DNA from: Gammaproteobacteria bacterium
Lineage (GTDB): Bacteria; Pseudomonadota; Gammaproteobacteria; Burkholderiales; SG8-39
Length of the DNA stretch: 45,641 nucleotides
Assembly: GCA_041490545.1 (NCBI GenBank)
Contig: JBGPTG010000002.1
Span: 1 to 45,641, forward strand
Reading direction: 5' to 3'
Shown: positions 34,791-42,194 of the stretch, one piece after another
How the letters are laid out: the number at the start of each line of letters is the position of its first letter
Position numbering within the stretch: the stretch's first letter is position 1
Notes under the pieces: generated by a model
Seen by the model: the letters and a program-made list of their open reading frames with translations, nothing else
Database searches by the model: none
What the model was told of the DNA's origin: nothing
Program-made: the position numbers and the translations under genes

Positions 34791-35428
34791 GACGGGAACG
34801 CAGCCAACCGACTGTCTGTCGGATAGCTGCCGTCCGGGTCGAACAGCATCCGGGCGGTGCGGGGTGGAAACCTCGGGGCGAGCAGGATTTCCGGCAGGTC
34901 GTCGATAAAGAAGTCCAGACCGAGTTCACTGATTCTCGCGAGCTTCTCCTCCTTTGTCACCTCGAAATAAACGTCGACTTCTTTGATCAATGGCTGCGGT
35001 CGGTCGATCAGGAACCGGGTTACCCAGCTGCGCGCGGCTTCATGCAGGTCATAGGGATGGCCAATGAAGGGGTAACGCGTCTTATGGCTCACGATGGCCA
35101 GATCTAGACCCTGGATCCTGGCCCAGGAAAAAAAATCGATCGCTCCGGAGTAAGCGACCGCGTCGTCCATGCGTGCGCCATAGACGTATCCTTGCATTTC
35201 CGTCCAAACATCCTCTTTGCCAGCCTGCCGCAGGTAGTCGCGCACACTCAACTTGGTCGAGGAAAGTCCCGAAGGAATCAGGCTACGCTCTAGGGCCACC
35301 CGATGGAAAAGTGCATCGTAGCTGACGATGGTGTTGTCGAAATCTACGCCGATGCGCACGGTCGGTTCAACCGCGACCCGACTAGGCCGCGCGAAGGTGT
35401 CCGAGTCGCGCCGATACTCTTGCGGCAA
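34739..35428 (-). CDS. HAD-superfamily hydrolase (probable sugar-phosphate phosphatase)
   Basis: IGVDFDNTIV (DxDxT motif I), IVSHKT, FIDDLPE. The start is ambiguous: TTG 35428 overlaps the transketolase gene by 47 nt; GTG 35359 lies 22 nt after its stop. Confidence 0.7.
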   Translation of the reverse strand: MPQEYRRDSDTFARPSRVAVEPTVRIGVDFDNTIVSYDALFHRVALERSLIPSGLSSTKLSVRDYLRQAGKEDVWTEMQGYVYGARMDDAVAYSGAIDFFSWARIQGLDLAIVSHKTRYPFIGHPYDLHEAARSWVTRFLIDRPQPLIKEVDVYFEVTKEEKLARISELGLDFFIDDLPEILLAPRFPPRTARMLFDPDGSYPTDSRLAAFPSWNHIKQHLQSKWTTRD

Positions 35429-36317
35429 TGTTCTCGGCGGTTAGCCCGAATTTACGGCGTGCGTAATCCTGAGACCCAACCTCGTGCATGAAAACATCGT
35501 CCGTGCCGAAACTAAGCAATCGGCCGCGCAGGCCGTCCAGCGAAGCAAGCCATTCCGCTATGCTGCTGCCCAGTCCACCCAAACGACTGTGTTCCTCCAC
35601 CACTGCGACAAGCAGGTAGCGCTCAAATACTTCCTTCAGCCGATCAACGTCCAGCGGCTTGACGGTATGGAAGCTCTCCACCCGCGCTGACACACCTTTC
35701 TTGTCGAGAATCTCGCGTGCGCCTAGTACGACAGGCATTATGTTCCCGGTGCTGATTAGGCAAACGTGATCGCCTTCATGTATCGTGATCGCTTTCCCAA
35801 GGTGGAAGTCTGGCTGTCGACTGTGAATTACGGGTTCCCCTTTTTTTCCGATGCGCATGTAAACCGGGCCGTCCTGGCGAAGGGCCGCGCGCAGCCCTAG
35901 ACGCAATTCAACTTCGTCGCAGGGCGCGAGAACAGTCATCTCGGGAAGCGAGCGCAACAGCGCAAGATCTTCGAGGGAATGGTGGGTGGGGCCGAGTTCG
36001 GCGTAGGAAAGTCCTGCCCCTGTGCCTACGATGACAACAGGCGCGTTGTGATAGCAGACGTCTACGCGAATTTGCTCGAAGCAGCGTGTTGTGGTGAAGG
36101 GCGTAATCGTGTAGATGACCGGGCGGAGCCCTGAAAGCGCCATACCGGCGGCGATGCTCATCATGTTCGCTTCGGCAACACCGCAATTAAAGAATCGGCC
36201 CTCTGCCTGTTGCTTGAATTTGTCAAACAACTTGTTGCCGATGTCCCCTGAGAGCAGGACCACGCGCGAATCTTCGGCGCCGAGCCTGGTAATCTCATCG
36301 GCGAACGCGTTTCTCAT
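35382..36317 (-). CDS. Transketolase, C-terminal subunit (pyrimidine-binding + C-terminal domains)
   Basis: RNAFADEITRLGAEDSRVVLLSGDIG...FFNCGVAEANMMSIAAGMALSG...GPTHHSLEDLALLRSLPEM. Confidence 0.85.
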   Translation of the reverse strand: MRNAFADEITRLGAEDSRVVLLSGDIGNKLFDKFKQQAEGRFFNCGVAEANMMSIAAGMALSGLRPVIYTITPFTTTRCFEQIRVDVCYHNAPVVIVGTGAGLSYAELGPTHHSLEDLALLRSLPEMTVLAPCDEVELRLGLRAALRQDGPVYMRIGKKGEPVIHSRQPDFHLGKAITIHEGDHVCLISTGNIMPVVLGAREILDKKGVSARVESFHTVKPLDVDRLKEVFERYLLVAVVEEHSRLGGLGSSIAEWLASLDGLRGRLLSFGTDDVFMHEVGSQDYARRKFGLTAENIAARVSARLGHLRAA

Positions 36318-37141
36318 GCGGGAATCCCCAGCTCTCGTTTCGCCGCTTTGACGTCTTCTGCGGAGGGGATTCGGTAATGCCAGTTGTTGTCGTCTTCCAT
36401 GAATGACACGCCCTTGCCTTTCACGGTGTTTGCGACGATGGCGACCGGCTTGCCGCTACCGTCGGGGACGTGCCGCAGGTGTCTGACCACTTCGCCCATG
36501 TTGTGGCCGTCAATTTCACAGCCGCTCCAGCCGAACGCCCGCCATTTGTCGACGAGCGGGGCGGGCCCCATGACTTCTGCGCTGCGGCCAGTCGCCTGCC
36601 ATTTGTTGGAATCAATGATGACCGCGAGATTTTCAACCTTCTGGGATGCGGCAAGCATCGCCGCTTCCCAGACCGATCCCTCGTTGCACTCCCCGTCGCT
36701 TACCAGCGCAAGAACTTTGTACTTCTGTTTGCGAATACGTCCCGCAAGGGCCATGCCCAGGCCCATGGGAAAACCGTGTCCGAGCGATCCGGTGGCCGCT
36801 TCGATCCCCGGAAGATGCGACGGCGTCGGCGGATGTTCGGCGAAGACGCTCCCGTCTTGCCCGTAACTATCGAGCATCGACACCGGGTAGTACCCGCGCT
36901 CGGCGAGAACCTGAAACAACGCAGGGGCCGCGTGGCCCTTGCTGAGGATGAACCGATCGCGATTCTCATCGGCCGGGTTGTCCGGATCGATTTGCAGGAC
37001 CGCAAAGTACGCTGCAACGAGGATGTCAACGCAAGACAGGCACGAGCCCAGGTGGGGTGTCTGCGTCTTGTGCGAATTCTCGATGATCCTGGCCCGAATG
37101 CTGCGGGCTATCTGTTCCAAATCACTGACTGGCGGGTTCAT
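36314..37141 (-). CDS. Transketolase, N-terminal subunit (ThDP-binding domain)
   Basis: HLGSCLSCVDILVAAYF...DRFILSKGHAAPALF...GSLGHGFPMGLGMA...LVSDGECNEGSVWEA (GDG-x-x-x-E-G ThDP motif variant). ATGA overlap with the C-terminal subunit at 36314-36317. Confidence 0.85.
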   Translation of the reverse strand: MNPPVSDLEQIARSIRARIIENSHKTQTPHLGSCLSCVDILVAAYFAVLQIDPDNPADENRDRFILSKGHAAPALFQVLAERGYYPVSMLDSYGQDGSVFAEHPPTPSHLPGIEAATGSLGHGFPMGLGMALAGRIRKQKYKVLALVSDGECNEGSVWEAAMLAASQKVENLAVIIDSNKWQATGRSAEVMGPAPLVDKWRAFGWSGCEIDGHNMGEVVRHLRHVPDGSGKPVAIVANTVKGKGVSFMEDDNNWHYRIPSAEDVKAAKRELGIPA

Positions 37142-37168
37142 GGGTAACGGGGGCGTGACGCAGTCCGG

Positions 37169-38167
37169 TCACGGCCTGTGAACGTAGAGGAACTGCTGCT
37201 GCTTCAGGTCGCCAAGCCAGCGTTCGACCCAGGCGATCGTCTCGTCGATACCCTGCTCCAGCGAGATCCGATCCTGCCAGCCGAACTGGGTTCGCACCTT
37301 CTTGCTATCAAGCAGGTACGCGGCGTCCTTGCCGAGCCGCTCGCCCACGACTTCGACACAATCCTGGAATTTCGCCTTTATCCTCTCACATATCATTTGC
37401 ACCAGGTCGCTGACGCTGATGATGCGGCTGGTAGAAATATGGTACGCCTCGCCCGTCGTGCCGTCGCGCATGACGCGCAGGGTGGCGTCCGAAACATCCC
37501 GCATGTGGATGAACGAACGCTGGGCATGTCCGCCGCCGTGAAGCTGAAGCTTGCGCCCGAGCTTGATGAACAGGATCGTTCTCGGAATGATCCGGTAGAG
37601 TTGCTGGCCCGGGCCGAAGACGTTGGCCGATCTCGTGAACACGACCGGAAATCGGTAGGCAGCGAAAAAGGTTTTTAGGCTCATGTCTGCGGCTGCACGC
37701 GACACCGCGTAAGGCGTGCTCGGATTGAAAGGCGCGCTTTCATCGATGAAGCCGCTCGTGCTGCCGTACACCTCGGGAGTGGTGACGTGCACGTATTTCT
37801 TCAGGAAATTGCATTGGCGCAATCTATCGTGGAATCGGACAGTCGACACCACGTTCGTCATGAACCAGTGATCGGGATTCTTCCAGCTCTCGGCCACCAT
37901 GGATTGGGCGGCGAAGTTGACTACAAACGCAGGTTTTTCCTGATTGACGAGATCCATCAGCGCATCGAGATCGTGGTTCAGGTCGTATTGGTAAAAGCGG
38001 AAAGTCCCCGGCCTGGCCGACCACTTGTACGGAAGGAACGCCTCATGGGGTTCCGGCGAGCGGCTGCAGCCAATGACCGGGTACCCTCGCTCGAGGAGGT
38101 AATCGGTGAAGCTCGCGCCGGAAAAGGAGTTGCTACCTAAGACCAAGACGGTCTCCGCCCCTTCCAC
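37169..38167 (-). CDS. Extended-SDR (NAD-dependent epimerase/dehydratase family) protein with non-canonical cofactor and catalytic motifs
   Basis: RmlB-like overall (NFAAQSMVAESW, TNVVSTV, TTPEVYGS). However, the Rossmann motif is GSNSFSG, the dehydratase T-D-E triad reads T-P-E, and the Y-x-x-x-K reads YAVSR (codon CGT checked on the reverse strand at ~37700). Confidence 0.75.
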   Translation of the reverse strand: MEGAETVLVLGSNSFSGASFTDYLLERGYPVIGCSRSPEPHEAFLPYKWSARPGTFRFYQYDLNHDLDALMDLVNQEKPAFVVNFAAQSMVAESWKNPDHWFMTNVVSTVRFHDRLRQCNFLKKYVHVTTPEVYGSTSGFIDESAPFNPSTPYAVSRAAADMSLKTFFAAYRFPVVFTRSANVFGPGQQLYRIIPRTILFIKLGRKLQLHGGGHAQRSFIHMRDVSDATLRVMRDGTTGEAYHISTSRIISVSDLVQMICERIKAKFQDCVEVVGERLGKDAAYLLDSKKVRTQFGWQDRISLEQGIDETIAWVERWLGDLKQQQFLYVHRP

Positions 38168-38171
38168 GGAG

Positions 38172-38762
38172 TCAGTCCTGGTTCGGTTGGTTCTTGTACA
38201 GCCACTGCATGATCATATGACCCACTACGAGTTGCAAATCTTCCGACAGTTGCATGTCGTCCACCGGAAAGTGGATCGGCACGTCGGCCATCGTCTTCGC
38301 CTTGCCCCCGGCGTACCCGAGAATCGCGTACGTCTTCACGCCCATGGATCTGGCCTGCTCGAGCGCCCTGAGGATATTCGGAGAGTTTCCGCTGCCCGAC
38401 AGGGCAATGAGCACGTCCTCGCGCCTCGCCTGCACCGCAAGCTGCGCGGAGAATATGGCATCGTAGCCGACGTCGTTGGCGAGGCAGGTCATGACCGACG
38501 AGTTGGCTGGCAGCGCAGTGACGCGCAATCCGGAGCCATGGATTTTAGAAACGCCGTAGAGGAAATCATTGGCAAGGTGGATGGCATTTGCGGCGCTGCC
38601 GCCGTTCCCGCACAGGAACACTTGCCGCCCCGTGTGCCAGCACTCCCGCAGCTCTTCTGCGAGCCGGGCCGCTTGGGTCCAGTCGGAAGACTGGAGCACG
38701 TCGCGGAGACGGCGCGCGTAATCGACGAACGCGGCTATCGGCCGGGGCGCAGGAGCATTCAT
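38172..38762 (-). CDS. gmhA: D-sedoheptulose-7-phosphate isomerase (SIS domain), GmhA family
   Basis: VFLCGNGGSAANAIHLANDF, LANDVGYDAIFSAQL, VLIALSGSGNSPNILRAL, MQLSEDLQLVVGH. ATG 38762 overlaps the upstream stop as ATGA. Confidence 0.85.
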   Translation of the reverse strand: MNAPAPRPIAAFVDYARRLRDVLQSSDWTQAARLAEELRECWHTGRQVFLCGNGGSAANAIHLANDFLYGVSKIHGSGLRVTALPANSSVMTCLANDVGYDAIFSAQLAVQARREDVLIALSGSGNSPNILRALEQARSMGVKTYAILGYAGGKAKTMADVPIHFPVDDMQLSEDLQLVVGHMIMQWLYKNQPNQD

Positions 38763-39697
38763 TTGAGGACCTCCCGCTGCATCCATTTCAGGTTGTGAAA
38801 GCGATCTTCATCCTTCAGCTGACCGAGGCGGAACTTGTCGACGATTTCGCGAATGGCATCGTCCACGGTTTTCTTGGGCCGAAAGCCGGTTGCCAGGAGC
38901 TTATCGGAGTTGACGCGGTAGGAACGAGGGTCATTCGATTCGGTTACGGTAATTCTTGCCGGCGCATGTTCGGTGACGCGGCGCGCAATGTCCATGATGG
39001 AAATATTCTCGAACCCGGCGTTGTAGATTCCCTGATGCTGCGGATGGTCGAGCATGAACATATACACGTCCGTGATGTCGTCTATATGGATGTTGGGCCG
39101 GATCTGATTGCCTCCAAAGACGGTGATGTGTTCCTTGGTGAGCGCCTGCATCGTCAGCAGGTTTACCGAAACGTCGAGGCGCATTCGGGGCGAATATCCA
39201 CACACCGTGGCCGGGCGGATAATCTGGACCGCCATTTCCTTCGCGTAGCTCAACAACACTCGCTCGGCCACCATCTTCGTCTTGTTGTATTCGGAGATGG
39301 GTTTCAGCTCCAGATCCTCGGTGACCTGAGCTTCCTCCTTGACGCCATAGACACTTCCGGAAGACGCGTAGATGAACCTGCTCACGCTGTGCCGGACGGC
39401 TTTGTCTGCAAGTTGCATCGTGGCGAGCGCGCTCACTTCCCAGGTCAGTTTGGGATCGAGGTCTCCGCACGGATCGTTTGCAATCGAGGAGAGATGAATG
39501 ATTGCGTCGATTCCGTCGAGTCTTATCTTGTCGGAATCCCTTACGTCGATCTGTCCGACAGTCAAATTCTTGTGCGGCTTGAGATAGTTGCCAAACCACA
39601 TTGTGTCGATTGCAGTCACTTCGTGGGCAGCATTCAACAGCTTGGGGACAAGGACTGTTCCTTTGTAGCCACAAGCACCCGTTACAAGAACTCGCAT
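38759..39697 (-). CDS. Extended-SDR NDP-sugar epimerase/reductase
   Basis: MRVLVTGACGYKGTVL, ASSGSVYG, YNKTKMVAE. First gene after the 284-bp gap. Confidence 0.8.
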   Translation of the reverse strand: MRVLVTGACGYKGTVLVPKLLNAAHEVTAIDTMWFGNYLKPHKNLTVGQIDVRDSDKIRLDGIDAIIHLSSIANDPCGDLDPKLTWEVSALATMQLADKAVRHSVSRFIYASSGSVYGVKEEAQVTEDLELKPISEYNKTKMVAERVLLSYAKEMAVQIIRPATVCGYSPRMRLDVSVNLLTMQALTKEHITVFGGNQIRPNIHIDDITDVYMFMLDHPQHQGIYNAGFENISIMDIARRVTEHAPARITVTESNDPRSYRVNSDKLLATGFRPKKTVDDAIREIVDKFRLGQLKDEDRFHNLKWMQREVLK

Positions 39698-39929
39698 CCC
39701 GGTTCTGTTTCTTCGTCGTTATGTACTTGAATTGACAAGCCGCGCGTTTCGTGCGGCGCTAGAGCGTTCTGTCCCGGCAACGGAGTCGCCTTGATCCAGC
39801 AGGCATGGAGTCTCGCCACGCCCTGCGGCGAGGGCAATCGAACTCGATCACAAGGACATTATCTTAATCGAATTTTCGGCATGGAGCGAGCGCGCGCGGT
39901 CCTGCGGTTCGCTCTATGCGCGGCAGAAT

Positions 39930-39948
39930 CCGCGTGGCGATCACGCGG
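39930..39948 (-). terminator. Candidate weak intrinsic terminator/attenuator hairpin
   Basis: On the minus strand, CCGCGTG-atcgc-CACGCGG (perfect 7-bp GC-rich stem) followed by AUUCU, ~35 nt after the stop of the 39982 gene. The U-tract is poor. Confidence 0.25.
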
Positions 39949-39981
39949 GTCCCCGAGCGGCGGCAGGGCCGGGGTGCCGGT

Positions 39982-40920
39982 TCAGCCCGCCACGGTCCGG
40001 AACCACCGCGCTGTCCTGGACAAACCCTCTTCCAGGCTGTGTGGGGGACTCCAGCCGAGCAGCCGGTGCGCACGGGAAGCGTTGACCACCAGGTTTCCGG
40101 TGAGTCGGCGCATTTCATCGCGGCGGCAGGCAAGAGTGCCTGCGGCGAGCAAGACCGCCGCGGGCACCCGGATGAGCTTCGCCGGACGCCCCAGCGCCGA
40201 GGCGATGCCTGAAACCAGCGTCGAGGTCGAGACGGGCTCGGCGTCGCCGACGAGAAACGGGCCGTTAGCGGCAGGGTGCTCCACGCAGCGCGCAATGGCA
40301 TCGGCAAGGTTGTCCACATAGATGAGGCTGCGCCGGTTGTTCAGGCTGCCGAAAGGCAGCGGCCAGCCGGAGTCGACCCAGCGAAGCAGCCGCAGGAAGT
40401 TCGCCTTGACGCGGGGGCCGTATACGAGAGGCGGCCGAATCAGAACGAGTTCCATCCCGCTTCGATCGGCGAGTTCCGTCAATGCCCGCTCCGCAGCGAG
40501 TTTCGAGCGGCCGTACGAATCCTTCGGGAGGAGCGTATCCGATTCGCCGTACGACCCGCTGCCGGAATCTTCTCCGTGTACCTTGACCGAACTCAGGAAA
40601 ACGAAGCGGCGCACGCACCCTGCCGCGGCTTCGGCGAGCCGCTGCGTGGCGTCGACATTGACGCGCCGGATTTCCGCTTCATCGGCGGTGCGATGTGCGA
40701 TTGCGGCGAGGTGCACTACGCACTCGACACCGTCGAGGAGCTCGTGCCGGTCGAATTCTGCGGCAAGGTCGGGAATGTGAATCCGGTGCAGATCGGACCG
40801 TGCCGTGGCTCGCGAGCTTGCATCCCTGACGACCGCACGCACGTCGTGCCCCCGTGCGAGCAGTTCGCGACATAGTGCTACGCCAACGAATCCGGAGGCA
40901 CCGGTGACAAGGATGTTCAT
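39982..40920 (-). CDS. Extended-SDR NDP-4-keto-6-deoxy-sugar reductase/epimerase, WbpK/WbpV-like
   Basis: From ATG 40920: MNILVTGASGFVGVALCRELLARGHDV, SSVKVHG, YGRSKLAAE, SLIYVDNLADAI. Confidence 0.8.
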   Translation of the reverse strand: MNILVTGASGFVGVALCRELLARGHDVRAVVRDASSRATARSDLHRIHIPDLAAEFDRHELLDGVECVVHLAAIAHRTADEAEIRRVNVDATQRLAEAAAGCVRRFVFLSSVKVHGEDSGSGSYGESDTLLPKDSYGRSKLAAERALTELADRSGMELVLIRPPLVYGPRVKANFLRLLRWVDSGWPLPFGSLNNRRSLIYVDNLADAIARCVEHPAANGPFLVGDAEPVSTSTLVSGIASALGRPAKLIRVPAAVLLAAGTLACRRDEMRRLTGNLVVNASRAHRLLGWSPPHSLEEGLSRTARWFRTVAG

Positions 40921-40936
40921 GGGGAGTTTCCGCTCT

Positions 40937-42175
40937 TCAGCCCGGTACCACTTCGAGGGTGGGAAGCGGAAAAACAAACGAGGCTTTCTTCAGCTTGTAT
41001 TTCCGCAAAAAGAACTCGCGGAAATGCCAAGGCAGGACCAGAAGGAAATCAGGCTCATCGGCAAGCAGTTCCCGCTCATGCAGAATCGGAATAAGCGAGC
41101 CGGGCGTGAAGCTGCCGAATTTGTCTTCGTTGACTTCTCCAATGGCATAGAGGTCGCGATTCGACAAGCCGCAATACTGCAGGAGCACGTTTCCCTTGGT
41201 TGATGCTCCGAGGCCGGCGACACGCTGTCCTTGTGCCCGAGCCCGGGCGAGAAATGCCCGCAGATCCTCACGGCTTGCCGCAGCGCGAGCGGCGAACTCG
41301 CGATAGGGATCCAGACTGTCCAGCCGGCTCTCACTCTCCTTCTCCAAGAGCTCGCGCAGCCCTGCGAATTCCTCGTACTTTGAGGAGGCTTTCGCCGCTG
41401 CAACCGAAAAGCTGCCGCCATTTATCTCATTGAATTCGACATCGACAATTCGCAATCCGATCCGATCCGACATCCATTTGAGCTGCGCGAGGGCGTAATA
41501 CTCAAGATGCTCGTGGCAGACCGTATCGTACGAATTCCGCTCCAGCATGAGCGGCATGTAACTCTGTTCGAATACCCACAGCCCGTTATCGTCCAGAATC
41601 TCGGCGACCTCACGCATGAAGGCAAGTGGGTCCTCGAGGTCGTAGAACATCGAAAACGAGGTGACGATTCTGGCCTTGCGCTGCCGGGTCGAATTTAGGA
41701 AACTCTTCGCCGAGAAGAATTCGGGAACAATCGTCACGTTGTCGGGATAATAGCGGCGGAATTTGTCCGCAGTCGGATCGATCCCTACAAGTTGGCAACG
41801 CACGCCGGAATAAGCGCGCAAGCTCGTGCCGTCGTTGCTCCCTATGTCCAGAACGACCGGGTCCCCCGACATATCCGCGAGTCCGAGGATCCTGCGGATT
41901 TTCCCGTGAAGGTGATGAACCATGCTCGGGTTGAGGCCGGAACGATAGCCGTAATCGGCGCCATACATCTCGCCGTGATCGTAGGAGTGCGCGAGCTGGA
42001 GCAGCCCGCAACAGCCCGGCTTACCCGTGCATTTGACGAGCTTGAGCGGTCCAACCGTTATAACCTGCTCGCGGGTCCTTGGAAAAACTCCAGTAAGAGC
42101 CTGAACGCCGAGATCGAGGATCTCCACCAGCTCCTCGTTTCCGCATATCCGGCATCGCTGGACTGCTCTGGGCAT
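40937..42175 (-). CDS. NDP-hexose C-methyltransferase-type protein (Zn-ribbon + class I MT + C-terminal domain)
   Basis: From ATG 42175: CRICGN...CTGKPGCCGLLQL zinc ribbon, VVLDIGSNDGTSL motif I, LVGIDPT, CHEHLEYY, and C-terminal VAGLGASTKGNVLL. Confidence 0.8.
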   Translation of the reverse strand: MPRAVQRCRICGNEELVEILDLGVQALTGVFPRTREQVITVGPLKLVKCTGKPGCCGLLQLAHSYDHGEMYGADYGYRSGLNPSMVHHLHGKIRRILGLADMSGDPVVLDIGSNDGTSLRAYSGVRCQLVGIDPTADKFRRYYPDNVTIVPEFFSAKSFLNSTRQRKARIVTSFSMFYDLEDPLAFMREVAEILDDNGLWVFEQSYMPLMLERNSYDTVCHEHLEYYALAQLKWMSDRIGLRIVDVEFNEINGGSFSVAAAKASSKYEEFAGLRELLEKESESRLDSLDPYREFAARAAASREDLRAFLARARAQGQRVAGLGASTKGNVLLQYCGLSNRDLYAIGEVNEDKFGSFTPGSLIPILHERELLADEPDFLLVLPWHFREFFLRKYKLKKASFVFPLPTLEVVPG

Positions 42176-42194
42176 GGGTTGTCTTTCTTCTAAA

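Noticed and set aside
38588-39730. 380-aa + strand ORF
   Set aside because: Antisense to the GmhA and extended-SDR genes; no motifs. The opposite-strand genes have canonical SIS and TGxxGxxG/YxxxK motifs.
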